The notes under the pieces: model-generated
Seen by the model: the letters and a program-made list of their open reading frames with translations, nothing else
Databases searched by the model: none
Told to the model about the DNA's origin: nothing
NCBI RefSeq assembly: GCF_001194135.2
Contig: NC_068981.1
Coordinates: 162,008,893-162,072,892, forward strand
Direction: 5' to 3'
Length of the DNA: 64,000 bases
Origin: Octopus bimaculoides
Lineage: Eukaryota
Shown: in pieces, positions 13,827-27,520 of the stretch
Position numbering within the stretch: position 1 is the first letter of the stretch
Layout of the letters: each line of letters begins with the position of its first letter
Translations under genes and position numbers: made by a program

Positions 13827-14659
13827 ATAAATAATTTTCCTCTTTGCACTCTCTAGAGGTAAATTTTGGATTTTACAAAATTCTCCCAACTACATTTTTT
13901 AAAATGTAATTGTAAAAGACCACAAAATTATGTTTGTCTAGTGTTGAGGAAACATCTGTTTTCACACAGCTGCTATATGAACTTATCACATTATTTGGAA
14001 TCATGTAAGACTTGTCATTGCTGATGTTGCTGCCGTTGCTGTCTTCCGAATGACTTATTTGAGAATTCCTAACATTACTTACTGCTAATTGTTCGCTCTG
14101 CTGCTCATTTTTTTCTCTTCCCCTTGTACATACAGCTGAGTGTTTTGATTTTGTGTTGCTTTTAGCTTTTATAGTACTCAATCATGTGGCATAACCATTC
14201 TCGGTGGCCATTTACATAAGCGTTCATTGAATCCTGGTACAACATGGATTACAATGGTGGTTGGATGATCTCATTTAAAAACACTGACTGCACAAAATAT
14301 TTCTTCAAGGAACTGCACACAGTTTACTCAATAACATCACCCAAAAATAACAATTATACTAAAGCTATGCACTGATTTCTTGCATTCATAATTAGAATAG
14401 GATTGATAATGAGAAACAAGATGGTTTGATGTTCATGCCTTTCTTGAGAACATTAGGGATGTAAGTGTAAAAAATATGGCTACAGCAGGACATTGAAATC
14501 ATGCCATAGAAGACTGGTCTTCTTTTTATGTAATATATTCATTTCTAATATAAGCACAAGGCCTTAATTTTAGGAGAGAGATTAAATCAGCTCAGTTTCT
14601 AACTGGAACTTTGTGATAGGCTATGTTCCAGTCATTGTAGATCCTGTACAGGCATGGCT

Positions 14660-14849
14660 AGGCACAGATGTGGCTGTGTGGTTAAGAAGTTTGCTTCTCA
14701 ATCACACGGTCTTGGGTTCCCACTGCATGGCACCTTGGGGTGTCCCACTGCATAGCACTGCATAGCACTGCATAGCACTGCATGGCACCTTGGGCAAAGT
14801 CTTGTGAATGGACCAGGTAGATGGAAACTGAAAGGAGCTTAGAAGCTTG

Positions 14850-14942
<93 letters not shown>

Positions 14943-15150
14943 TCTCTCTCTCTCTCTTTGTCTTGACATCACATGATTGTTGTAAATGAATGTCACCCAT
15001 CTCCAATATTCTGCATAAATGTCTGGCAATGGAAAAATGTTACCTTGCTTAGAAACAGTTGAGTGTTGGTGACAGGAAGGGCATTCAGCTATAGAAAATC
15101 TGCTTCAATAAACTCTGTGTGACCCATGCAAACATGAAAAAAGTGGATGT
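14660..15150 (+). mobile_element. Chimeric SINE: family A head and core joined to an RTE-like 3' tail
   Basis: Head gtggctgtgtggttaagaag and core gcatggcaccttggg, (GT)n, then ggtgacaggaagggcattcagctatagaaaatctg..cccatgcaaacatgaaaa; cactgcatag repeated about 4 times at 14746-14785. Confidence 0.65.
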
Positions 15151-15578
15151 TCTAAAAAATACACAAAGTAGTTGTATACTCTGTCCCAATAATGTACAGT
15201 AGCTGTTGCAGAGAATTTATGAGAAGTAGTGGTAAAAACAGATGCTAGGATGCCAGACCTAATATGATGGCTGTAAGTGTAAATGTGCTGCCAAACAGCA
15301 GATCTCTAACTCATCCCCAAATGGTCAAATGAAAATCTGAACTTTGAAGTGCTGCCATTGTATATAGCATGAATCTGAGCCAATGAGGAGGCCACTACAT
15401 GATCACTCAACCTACTAGAAATAGTATTCAAGTATCCCCTAAATTACACCCTAATATCTTAGAAAAGGGTTCACTGGATAATATAATTATGGATTTCATG
15501 CCTGTTGGAAAAAGACTGGTGAGTCATGGGTGGAATGTCTTTGAACATAGCTCTGCTCAATCAGGGATAAGCTAGGGA

Positions 15579-15806
15579 TTAACCCTTTAGTGTTTAGATT
15601 ACTTTGTCAAATGTAATACTTATTTATTCACATTGTTTTGAATTAATTGTACCTTGTCTCATAGCTTCAAGATTTTGATGATGTGATTATGTATCTTTAG
15701 AATGACAGTGTAGGGTAGGTGTGAGAGGCTGAATCTCATAAGTTTGAACATAAAACAAGGATAATATTCTGGCCAGATATGGCCGGTTTAAACACTAAAG
15801 GGTTAA
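15579..15806. mobile_element. piggyBac-like MITE
   Basis: ttaaccctttagtgttta ... taaacactaaagggttaa; TTAA at both ends. Confidence 0.8.
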
Positions 15807-16007
15807 ACAATAAGGACCTTGATGGGTCATAAAGCAATGAGAGCAAGGGTTATAATGCTCAGAACCATAGCTCCCATAATTCTCCCTTCTCTTCTTTAAA
15901 TGCTGGCCGTATATCCAGGTAAGATTTTGATTTGTAGAAGTAATGTCAAAGGTTGTGAATTGGTGAAGTTGTTAAATCATTAGATAGAATACCTTTAGTA
16001 TTTACAT

Positions 16008-16167
16008 TATTTACATTATTTACATTTGACAGATATTTGTCCTCATCTTGTTTGTTGTTAACATGTTTTGGCTGATATACCCTCCAACCTTCATCGGGTG
16101 TCTTGTGGGAAATTTCGAACCTGGGTTCTCATTCCTAAGGTATTTTTCGATGTTATCATCATAATTA

Positions 16168-16212
<45 letters not shown>

Positions 16213-16393
16213 TCACTGCCTGGAATCGAACTCAGAATCTTGAGATTAGTAGCTCGTGCTCTTAACCACTATGCCATATGCCCATGACACCTGATGAAGA
16301 CACCTGATGAAGGCTGGAGAGTATATCAGCTGAAACGTGTTAACAACAAACAAGATGAAGACAAATATCAGTCAAATGTAAATAATGTAAATA
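16008..16393. mobile_element. Penelope-like inverted terminal repeats (arms of about 95 bp) enclosing (ATT)n and a reversed tRNA-like head, inserted in a decayed SINE
   Basis: 16008-16102 is the reverse complement of 16299-16393; same repeat at 41288-41450; hammerhead motif in each arm; ttagtattt on both flanks. Confidence 0.65.
16299..16342 (+). ncRNA. Minimal type-I hammerhead ribozyme motif (family 1)
   Basis: GACAC CTGATGA A GGCTG gagagtatat CAGCT GAAAC GT GTT; a mutated copy lies on the minus strand at 16054-16102. Confidence 0.6.
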
Positions 16394-19300
16394 ACGTACA
16401 TAATTCCTCTCTTAAATATAGAACTCCCTTAGTATTTGTTTGATTGTTTGTAATCTGAGTTCAAATCCCACTGAGATCAACTATGCCTTTCATCCTTCCA
16501 AGTTTGATAAAATAAGTACCAACCCAGGGTGGTTGATGGGTGGAACTGTTAAAGAATCAGATAAGATGCCTTGTGGTATCTGTTCAGACTCTTTGCATTT
16601 GGACAGCAATACCTGAAATAATCCTGGCCCCAAACTATATCGACCCTAACTTGGTGAACTTTCCCTTGGATAAACATCAGTGGTGTAAAAAGGGGACAAC
16701 TGCATGCATGTCAAACTGCCAGTCTTTCTCAAAACCATTTCTTTGCTAGGCCTTCACAAACACATGCAGATAGATGCTCAATCTTGACCAATGGAGACTA
16801 TCCAAATAGTGTTTACAAAGGCCCATTTAATGGAATGGTTCATTACTTATATAAAGGACACACAGTGACATCTATAAATTATTGTTCAAATACCTTCAGT
16901 CTTAAATACAATCCAAATTAATGTCTAATGGAAGAACATGTTAAGATATTGATTTCTTGTGACTGAAGGGAACTCCAAAGATCTGTTGTGAAAGAAGACA
17001 TTTCTGGATTTATGCTGAAATTGTAGACGTCACTATTATTAATTATAGAGATTAGTTTTCTGGCAGCTATAAAAAGGAAAGCTTAGATTTTTCTAGAACT
17101 GTATTGTAACTTTATAACCAATACTTTAGAGATAGCAGAAATCTGCTTTTAGTAATAATTAGTTGAAAAAATATGTGTAATGGAGTAGGTTAGTCTTTTT
17201 TAGTAAGAGGAAAAATAAAATTAGGTGGTATGCTTTACTAGAAAATACCATCATACAGATTTCATAGATTTCTAATGGTTGTACAGAGAAATAACTGCTT
17301 TTATAGAACGTTTGCATTTGTACTTATCTCTGGTAGTTTAGTTATAAAGTCAGCAGAGTCTAAAGTCTAATGTCAATCAAAGTTGGCTGCATTCTGCATT
17401 TGGAAGGTTTCTTTCAGGGACTCAAATCTGGACAAGGTATTTGTATGTAAGATCACCGATTGCTCATGCAGCAAGTGTCCTTTCATCATGCAAAGTATGA
17501 TGGAAGTTTAAAGTAAAAGCAAAGACTGATTCAGTGTGACACTGAATAGTATGGCTGGGGGAGAAAAGTCTGCTCCGGATAATGCATTTGATGGGTTGGG
17601 CAGCAATTTTGTATCTGTTATATAAGTCTGTAAAGGTTTATGCTCTGGAAATTAGGGAGCAAACTCAAGGGATTCTTCAAGTGGTGCACACTCAGGCTAT
17701 GCCACTGTTGACACCTGTTTTGTCACAGACAAAGGAGCTGAAAGGCATTTTGAAAATATAGATTACTGAAACTCATTTCTCCAACACCTTAACAATTCCA
17801 CCAATCCATTGACCTGGAATGGTACTTTATTTATTTTATCAATCTTGCAAGGATGAAAAGCAAAGCTGACCTCATCAGGATTGGAACTCAGAATATAAGG
17901 AGCTGGAAGAAATATTACAAGTCACGTGGTTGAATGGTATTGCTAAAACATTGAGATGTATGGTAGATTTAAAAAAATATTTGTTCACAGATTAAAAAAA
18001 CAGTATACCTTGATATATTGTAAGCAGATATTCAAACATGGTTCAATGTCAATGCATAACAAGTTCAAGTATCCTCTATGACATGTGTGTGTGTGTGTGT
18101 GTGTGTGATACATATGTCTTGTACATGAATGAAACTACTTTATGTATATGTGAGTGTGCATGTGTGTGTCTGTATCTGTCAAGTATGTCCAATACATTAA
18201 TGAATGTATTTCATGTATGTATGTATATATGAGTGTGTATGTATGTGTGTATATTTTTCATTATATACTTTTTGACCAGCTAATGACTACCTACATGTGT
18301 CATTTTTGTTCTATATACTACATTTGTTTCATTCCCCAGAAAAACTCAATAACATAAATAGTAATACTAGCAAGCTAAATACAATGCAATCTATTTATCA
18401 ACCAACTTATTTTGCTGTGAAAATTATTTTCTGTGCCTTTTTAGACTCTCAATATTTTCTGTGCCTCTCTAGACTTTAGTCTAAAAAGGCACAGACAATA
18501 TTGAGAGGTGGGGGTCAAATGATTGTATGATAAAAGATTTTTAATCAAGATGCTACCTAAATGTTACTAGTTAGATAGTGCAGAAGAGAGCAAAGGCTTT
18601 CAGAAAATAGAAATTGTAAAACAGATCACTGGCAACATAAGGAATCAGAACAGAGACACAAAGGACATGAAGAAAATAGAATGCATAAGCAAACCATTGT
18701 CAACAAGGATCTGAGCCATAGTGGCAACAGTACCTTCAAGTAGGCCAAGTAAGGTATGCCCACCAAAGAATAGCACCATTTACCTCTAAACAATGTGATA
18801 AAGATGTTTTCAACTATGATCTGTCTTATGATTTTGACTCTGATAGATTGTCTCCATTGATTTTTTTAGGGAAAATTGTTCATTGAATGTGTAGCAGATA
18901 GTGGAGAAAGGAGACAGCTAACGTTTGCTGCTTAGGTGGTTAAGTCCGTCTATGAATACTACTAGAATCTCTCTGAGCTTTTGTGAATGCTGCTAATAGC
19001 TACAACTCCTGAAGCCAATCATCTGCATAAAAAACATTCAGGTTTATAACTGAGTGTTACAAACAGGAACTGCAATCAGTCATGAGAAAACTTCATACCA
19101 AATTTCAAAATCATAGGACAATTCACTCATTACTTCTTCCAAACTGAATCTTTTCCCCACTGAATTGGTTTTTTGCTTCCTCTTCCTTATGAAGGGTACC
19201 AATTTCTGAAACTATACTTCATCAATAGTTTGAATAAATAAGCTTTATAAAAGATATGGAAAACAATATGATTTCAGATTTCATTTTTTTAACTCAAAAT

Positions 19301-20427
19301 ATCTAAGATAGGATGTACAGAAATAGCTATGTAAAAAGTTTGAAATTTTTCCATAAAACAGTTCTCTTAATGAACTTCAAAATTACAACCAGTGCTAGCA
19401 AACAGCCTGGTGTAGAGCATCAATGTGTGTGTGTGTGTTCGTGCGTGTGTGTACATGTATGTGTGTGTATGTGTGTGTGTGTGCGTGCGTGTGCGTGTGG
19501 AAAGAGAGAGGGAAAATGGTTCCTTCTGAGATAGGGTTTAGTCTTAGGTTAGCCCTAATCCAATAAACCTATGATCAAAGATACATGCATATCTATTTGA
19601 TAAAAGAGTTTGCTTTGCAAACACTGGCTTTCAGGTTCAATCCCAGAATGGTGTATTTACAAAAGATGTCAGCATAAAGGCAGGATTTTGAAAGTAAATA
19701 TAAATTGGGGCTTTTGAATAAGAAGCCTCTGTGATATTCATTCTGCCGAAAATGCAGAACAAATATCACAGTTGTTGCACAGTTATTCTGATTCATATGA
19801 ATTCAGTTATTCACTCAATGGGAACTTATAATGAACTACGTTATTCTTTACAAAATGTGATATAAAATATATAAAATAAAGCATTCTAAATGTAACCTTT
19901 CCACTCTTTCAGTGGTATATAAGACTACATTATCTATTGTGTCCTACATTTAAGATGATAAAATGTGATTTAAGTAGTTTTGGCTACTATCTCTCGTAAA
20001 AAGAGTGACCAAAAAGAAGCTCAGTCAAACAAAAATAGTCTTGTGTTGTTATATTTTATTGGGCAGCTTAAAAAGAAATTATATTCCTCAACATATCAGA
20101 GAAAGCATAAGTTCAAAGTAGCTGTATATTTCTAAACAATCCTATATTTATGGAACTGAATTTATTTCTGCATAAGTCTACAATGTACAGACCCATTAAC
20201 TCACAGATTTCATTTTCATTGTAGCTTCCCCTGCTGACACCCAGATGGAGGTTGCCAATGAACAGTAGAGATTTCTTAGCAGGTATTATTATACCAATAT
20301 TGTTAATATTTATAGAGGCCTTATCAAATGTTAATAACTTTTAGAAAGGCAGTTTTATAAGGTAGTGGTTGTATGTGGAAGATACACAGGAGTCATAAAA
20401 ACTACAGATACTCAGGAAATCAATTTT

Positions 20428-21221
20428 TTCAAATGCCTCAGAGGCTTTTTAGAGGCAGTGGACAATTTCTGCTATCTAAAGGGAAAATTAACAGTGGAGG
20501 AGGATGCACAGAAAGTGTAATTGCTAGAATCAGAATAGGATAGAGAAAATTCAGAGAGCTTTTACTTCTGGCAACCAAAGGTCTCTCTCTGAGAGAAGAG
20601 AAGATTGCATGATGCATATCTACAAACAACAAATGCTACATGATAGTGAGACATGGACCCTGAATACAGAAGACATGTGAAAGCTAGAGAGAAATGAAGC
20701 TTAATATGCTCTGCTGGATGTGCAATGTCAGTGTACTTGTGCTACAGAGCAGAAGTGCATTAAGGGAAAAGTTGAGTATAAGAGGAAGTTTATGCAGTGT
20801 GCAAGAGAGAAAACTGCACTGGTTTGGTCAAGTAATGAGTATGAATGTAAACAGTTGCATACAGAAGTGCCAATCACTTAAAGTGGATGAAGCTTGTGGA
20901 TGAGGGAAACTCAGGAAGACATATCTCAAGACACTGATCCTTATGAAGATTACCAAGGACTGAGATATCTGGTGCACCACTGTATTCAAGAAGACCTGTC
21001 CACCACAGCAGAATTGATACCAGTGTTAGTGCTACATAGAAAGCACCCAGTACACTCTGTGGAGTGGTTGGCGTTAGGAAGAGCATCCAGCTGTAGAAAG
21101 CAAGCCGGAACAAACAATGAAGCCTGGTGAGGCACCTGACATTACAAGTTCCAGTCAAACCGTCCAACCAATGCCAGCATGGAAAACAGACATTAAATGA
21201 TGATGATGATGATGATGATGA
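20428..21221 (+). mobile_element. RTE-clade LINE 3' fragment, same family as 9591-11255
   Basis: EAVDNFCYL, KLERNEA, ERKLHWFGQV, then 3' UTR ggcgttaggaagagcatccagctgtagaaag and (GAT)n tail. Confidence 0.9.
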
Positions 21222-21432
21222 ATTCCTCAATGTTAAGGTGGGAAATTTGCAGTGTCTCTTTTCCGTTTATATTGTTATACAACTTGAATATGGTGGTATT
21301 GCTGTTCCACTGAGATAGTTTTGTTATGTGTTTAATTGTTAAATTGACGGTGTCATAGATGTGCTTACTCACTTTACCCAAATTGGTTTTTGCAAGGTTT
21401 ATTAGCCAACATTTAGAGTTTGCTGGCGTCTG

Positions 21433-21478
<46 letters not shown>

Positions 21479-22340
21479 GGTTCTACTATTGGTAAAATGA
21501 ATATAATTTTTAATTTACCTTATAACACAAATAAAGTGAGCATTCAACTGAAAAAAATTTTCTGAAAACAAATCTATAAAAATTGGGTTTATTATAACAT
21601 TACAGTGAGCATTCATTCAAGCATCTTCTTTCTACACTTTATTTCAGCACACATACTACACACATTATTTTAAACTAAGAACAACATAATCTTTTCTGAG
21701 TCAATGGTTTTTATGAAGACATTTTATGAAGACATTTTTATGTAGAATCATTACGAAGGCCATAGTTCTTCTTATAAATACACATAGCTGCTGTTGCACT
21801 ATCATCATTAATGTAATACAATTGAACAATCTTCAGCTTTGAAATGAAATTTTTATGAGCCCTTTAAAGAGACAAAGCTTATTCATGCCTCAGCACTAAA
21901 AGAGATGGAACCATTTTCACAAAATACAAAAAAGATGAAGAGTGTTTAAAAATTAAAATTTATTCAAACTGTTGTAAAAAATATTTAAACCTTGATGCAC
22001 AAAGAAAAATATATATATTCTGGAATAGATCAATATTATTCCAATACTGAAAAGGCTGACTGATAGCTTAGTATAGCCACCTTATAAGAGTTGAATAAAT
22101 AATGGCTTCTAATTTAGGAACAAAGCCAACAATTTTCAGATCAGGTGGGTTAATTATAGCACTGACTCCAGTATAGGACTGGTACTATATTTTATCAACC
22201 TTAAGAAGAAAGGCAGGATTTGAACTCTCAGAATGTAAAACAATGAAAAAATGACTCACGGCATTTTTTTAATGATGATCTAAACAATTCTACCACTCTA
22301 ATAAAATGCTATATGCTATATGCTATATATATATATATAT

Positions 22341-22379
<39 letters not shown>

Positions 22380-23809
22380 NNNNNNNNNNNNNNNNNNNNN
22401 NNNNNNNNNNNNNNNNNNNNNNNNNNNNNNNNNNNNNNNNNNNNNNNNNNNNNNNNNNNNNNNNNNNNNNNNNNNNNNNNNNNNNNNNNNNNNNNNNNNN
22501 NNNNNNNNNNNNNNNNNNNNNNNNNNNNNNNNNNNNNNNNNNNNNNNNNNNNNNNNNNNNNNNNNNNNNNNNNNNNNNNNNNNNNNNNNNNNNNNNNNNN
22601 NNNNNNNNNNNNNNNNNNNNNNNNNNNNNNNNNNNNNNNNNNNNNNNNNNNNNNNNNNNNNNNNNNNNNNNNNNNNNNNNNNNNNNNNNNNNNNNNNNNN
22701 NNNNNNNNNNNNNNNNNNNNNNNNNNNNNNNNNNNNNNNNNNNNNNNNNNNNNNNNNNNNNNNNNNNNNNNNNNNNNNNNNNNNNNNNNNNNNNNNNNNN
22801 NNNNNNNNNNNNNNNNNNNNNNNNNNNNNNNNNNNNNNNNNNNNNNNNNNNNNNNNNNNNNNNNNNNNNNNNNNNNNNNNNNNNNNNNNNNNNNNNNNNN
22901 NNNNNNNNNNNNNNNNNNNNNNNNNNNNNNNNNNNNNNNNNNNNNNNNNNNNNNNNNNNNNNNNNNNNNNNNNNNNNNNNNNNNNNNNNNNNNNNNNNNN
23001 NNNNNNNNNNNNNNNNNNNNNNNNNNNNNNAGCTAGCGCTTATATATATATATATATATATATATATAAGCGCTAGCTTAAATTAAGTCAGTCCAGTGTT
23101 GCCTCTCTTCGGTATTTCCCATTGATAACAGCTAAAGAGCTAGAAACACATCTGGGAATCTGGCAGGGGGCAGCACTGGACAGATATGGTATTTTTACAC
23201 CTTTTTATCATAAGAGAGAATTTTCTTCTCCATGGTAACTGCAGTGAATTTGCCTTTAGAGCTTGAAATATATCACAAATATATTTTAACTAACCTAAAG
23301 TTCACTTTTGTGTGTGTGTGTGTGTGTGTGTGTCTGTGTGTGAGTACCTGTGTTTGTCCTCCCACCACTGCATGACAACAGTTGTTGGTTTGTTTATGTC
23401 CCCATAACTTAGCAGTTCAGCAAAAGCGACTGATAGAATGAGTACCAGGCTTTAAAAAAAAATAAGTACTGGGGTTAATTGCTTGAATTAAAAATTCTTC
23501 AAGGCAGTGCCCCAGCATGGCCACACTCTAATGACTGAAACAAATAAATGATAATAGATAAGAGATGTAAATATTCATAGCTGTTACTTAACACAGGTAA
23601 CATGCATTTGTACGACAGACATACACATGTACATAATGCATATTTTATGTACTACTCAATGAGAATCAGAAGCATTGTAATAAATTTATGTAAACAGTGG
23701 TTGTAATGGTGGTGGTGGTGGTGGCAACGGGGGTGGCTGTAGTGGAAACAGTGGTTGCAGTCGTGGCAAAGGTGGTAGCAGCAGTAGCAGTGGCAGCTTT
23801 ATCTCGTCT

Positions 23810-24290
23810 CCAAGAACTTAGTTTCTTCTTTGCTGAATGCTTCCTTTACGGTGACGTCATTATTGACTCTGTAGACCAGTTCTTGCATTGAAGGGTCAAT
23901 GGCATTGACTGCATGGTAATGTTGGTGAAGGGTGAGGTTGATTTTTGTCAAGCCTTTCTTTCCTATCATATGATTTCTTTCATTTCTCTTCTGATGGCTT
24001 CAAAGTTTTTGGTTCTGATGGTGATGAAACACTTCCACTTGGTACGGTCTCAGGCTTGTGTTTCAAACAATTTAGACTCAATTTCAGTGACTTTCAGAGT
24101 TGTTTTGATTTTTAATAAATTTGTTCTGTCTAGGGTGGGTCATCATCATGCCAATAAAAATTTAGATAAACACATACATTGGTCCTGTATCACTTCTTTA
24201 TTTTACCAAGAAACTGTTCAAATTGTTTAATGTGTTGATTGAACAATCAATTGACTGTTAGTTTTCTCTGTCAGAGTACTTTTGTTGCTG
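23810..24290 (-). mobile_element. Decayed RTE (BovB-like) LINE C-terminal coding end
   Basis: Minus-strand pieces LKLSLNCLKHKPE, WKCFITIRTKNFEAIRREMKE, LPCSQCH*PFNARTGLQSQ (terminal CxxC...GL.SH zinc motif). Confidence 0.65.
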
Positions 24291-24299
24291 TTTGTGACC

Positions 24300-24610
24300 T
24301 CAACAATGACCACAGTCTCCAGCAGTTTCACATAGTCGTCTGAATTTGACCCTAAGACCCTGTTCAAAGATGTAGGGGTGGCATGATGTCACTATCCCTG
24401 GAGACACACCCAAAGATCATCACAGTTTGGGAGAAACTTAGTTTTCATGATGACTACAACATGTCTCACAGCTTTTGCAATGCTCACAGAGCATTGAGCC
24501 ACAGTCATAATGTCCGCATTTTGATACCTGGTGCAGATCATAATGATACAGGTAATTCTTTTCCATTATTCAGATGGCTTTCAATCCTCCATATCAGCTA
24601 ACTTTTTATC
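24300..24610 (-). mobile_element. Internally deleted maT (DD37D-type Tc1/mariner) transposase remnant
   Basis: KPSE*WKR..NADIMTVAQCS fused to MKTKF/TVMIFGCVSRDSDIMPP/IFEQGLRV/NSDDYVKLLETVV. Confidence 0.75.
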
Positions 24611-25605
24611 AACTACAACTTTAATCTTAATACTCTCCAATGCGATTGACAGTTCCCCATTACATCAAACTGTTCCCCAAAAAGGTGACATAAAAAGATG
24701 TCAAATTTAGCCTGAACACCCTGTACAAAAGGCAACATTGAACATGATGTAGACCCATTGCTAGCAGTGAATTTTGTGTTACAGTATTGGAGAGTAGTGG
24801 AAACAAGTTTAACTAAAGGTGATCTGTGGTTCCAGGGCATAAAAATGGATTTGCTAGTCCCAATGAGCCCTGAGGGCCACAAAACCATATTAGAATTGGA
24901 GAAAGCGCTAAGACAAAATGCATAAAATTAATGACACAGGGCAGAAAGATTAGTTGTTACATTTGTCAGAGTGAAACATGCTTTAGAGCTGAATACTCAG
25001 AACTAGGAATATTAAGCAAAAACAAGGAAAGGAAAGTAATGGAGAGTGACAGCAAAATAATGATGAGAGACAAGAAGCAAAAACAAAAAAAAATAATCCA
25101 AAGCACTAACAAACAAAACTCTGGGGGGATAACAAAGGAAATATCTATAGTATCACAATAAATTAGCAAGTATCACAAATAGATTAGCAAACTCCTCATC
25201 TCCTAACAAAACTAACTTGTAGTATTACACCTTCACTACGTGATACGATACAATGAGGAAGAAATAATTACAGATGAAAATTTCCAAACAGTCAGCAAAA
25301 AATGTGACAGGAACAAAGAGAAAAAAATTCACTGGTGAAGAAAACTCAGCATAAAACAAGAAAAGGTGATCAATCCAGAGAAAAATAGTAAAGACAACAA
25401 AGAGAATGAAGATGAGCAAAGATTTGCCATTCTTTGAAATCAAACAAACAGTTAATAGTCAAAATTACACATCTCTAGTAATTTGTAAATTGTATTTCTA
25501 TTCCATACTCCACATTATCCTAGTGAAAATTTCATATATTTTGTATCTCATGAAACCCACATGGCTAATAAACAAAAGTTTATTATTATTATTATTATTA
25601 TTATT

Positions 25606-25764
25606 CAGTAGTTTTATTTTTATAACGTGCTTTCACTTCACTACCGAGCGCAGCTCTGTGTGCCTTGGGTATGTGCTGTGGTTTGCTGTGATGCTCTTAT
25701 GGTTACTGTATTGAAAGTGTTTTGCGTAGGATGTGTGCAGTGCCCAATAGTGCAATTTTCTGTA

Positions 25765-25766
<2 letters not shown>
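25606..25766 (-). mobile_element. R4/Dong-clade LINE extreme 3' end in an (AAT)n array
   Basis: NIQKIALLGTAHILRKTLSIQ*, then about 100 nt of UTR and an (AAT)n tail; (AAT)n on both sides. Confidence 0.85.
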
Positions 25767-25836
<70 letters not shown>

Positions 25837-26341
25837 TATTGTTGTTGTTGTTGTTGTTGTTGTTATTATAGAAGGGGCAAGCTGGCAGAATCATTAGCCC
25901 GCCAGGTGAAATGCTTAGTGGTATTTCATATGTTGCTACATTCTGAGTTCAAACTTTGCCTTTCATCCTTTCGGGGTCGATAAAATAAGTACCAGTTGGA
26001 CACTTGGGTCAATGAAATCGACTCCTCATCCCCTCCCCTAAAATTGTTGTCCTTGTGGCAAAATTTGAAACCGTTATTAATATTATTACTATTATTATTG
26101 TTGTTGTTGTTATTGTTGTTATACGAGGCAGCAAGCTGGCAGAATCATTAGCATGCCAGTGAAATGCTGAGCGGTATTTCCTCTGTCTTCATGTTCTGAG
26201 TTCAAATGCTGCTGGGACCGACTTTGCTTTTCATTTTTCCCAGGTCAATAATTTAAGTACCAGTTATGCACTGGGATCGATGTAATCAACTGGTCCCCTT
26301 CCCCAAAATTTCAAAGCCTTGTATCTTCAGTAGAAAGGATA

Positions 26342-26374
<33 letters not shown>

Positions 26375-26376
<2 letters not shown>

Positions 26377-26800
26377 GATGAAGAGCGCGATTCAAATGTA
26401 ATAGATATTTTATTAGTTGAACAATATTTCAACAGTATGTCTGCCTTTGTTAAGTTCAAAATAAGAAGTGATAAAAATTCAAAATTACAGAAATTTAAAC
26501 GTAAAGTATGAACGAGAGTAGCCAGCGTCCACACGTTAATGGAATGACATTATCAGTTTTTAAGTTACAATTTTATAACAGGCAAAAAGAAAAAGACAGA
26601 AAAAAATCGTAAATAAAAAACTGATGATGTCATTCCATCAACCTGTGGACGCTGGTTGCTCTCGTTCATACTTTATGTTTAAATTTCTATAATTTTGAAT
26701 TTTTATCACTTCTTATTTTGAACTTGACAAAGACAGACTTACTGTTGAAATATTGTTCAACCACTAAAATATCTTACAATCGAATCACGCTCTTCGTCTT
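26375..26800. repeat. Fold-back element/MITE with imperfect arms of about 190 bp
   Basis: aagatgaagagcgcgattc..gaatgacattatcagtttt pairs with aaaactgatgatgtcattcc..gaatcacgctcttcgtctt. Confidence 0.85.
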
Positions 26801-27460
26801 GACTGTTTACCTTTGCGAAGAGTTACGTCAATCCTTTTTAAATTATTATTATTATTATTATTATTATGCACCAGACAAAATGCGCTGTGCCATTTCTTCC
26901 AGCATTGCATCCTGAGTTCAAATGTTGCTGAAGTCTTTGTGTTTTGTCCTTTTGGAGTCAGTGAGAGAAGTACCAGTCGAGCACTGTGGTCAATGCAATT
27001 GATTATTCCACACCTCCAAAATTTCATGCCATGAGCTTATTGTAGAAAGGATTGTCATTATTATTATCAATATATTATACATAGGAGTTGATTTGGGAGA
27101 ATCATTTGCAGTTTTTTACATTCTGAGGTCAGTAAAATATAGTACCAGTCTTCCAAAACCTCTTGCCTTGTCCTTACATTAGAAATAATTGTATAGGGTG
27201 GTAGATTGGCAGAATTGTTATTATTATTATTATTATTATTATATTATATTCTGCAAGCTAGCAGAATTGTTAGCATGCCAGGCAAAATGCTTAGTGGCAT
27301 TTCGACTGTCTTTATATTCTAAGTTCAAATTCTGCCGAGGTCAACTTTCATGAATTAAGTACCAGTGAAACACTGGGGCTTGATGTAATTGACTATCCAC
27401 TCCACCAAATTTCAGGCCTTGTACCTATAGTAAAAAGGATTATTATTATAATCATTATTA

Positions 27461-27518
<58 letters not shown>

Positions 27519-27520
<2 letters not shown>

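Noticed and set aside
13873-14500. 102-aa S/N-rich minus ORF and faint L1/Tx1-like words on the plus strand (HLHKRSLNP, IMRNKMV)
   Set aside because: Non-ATG start, no splice signals, and motif matches too weak and mutually inconsistent to call.
16213-16277. tRNA gene candidates here and at the SINE heads (47799, 62646)
   Set aside because: A/B boxes are present but there is no full cloverleaf or terminator; they continue into SINE bodies.
20224-20281. 58-nt AG...GT-bounded segment (LPLLTPRWRLPMNSRDFLA)
   Set aside because: Splice-like signals are common by chance in AT-rich DNA; no recognisable product or partner exons.
23031-23079. Perfect palindrome agctagcgct(ta)n aagcgctagct
   Set aside because: It abuts a gap and is centred on (TA)n; most likely a contig-end fold-back artefact.
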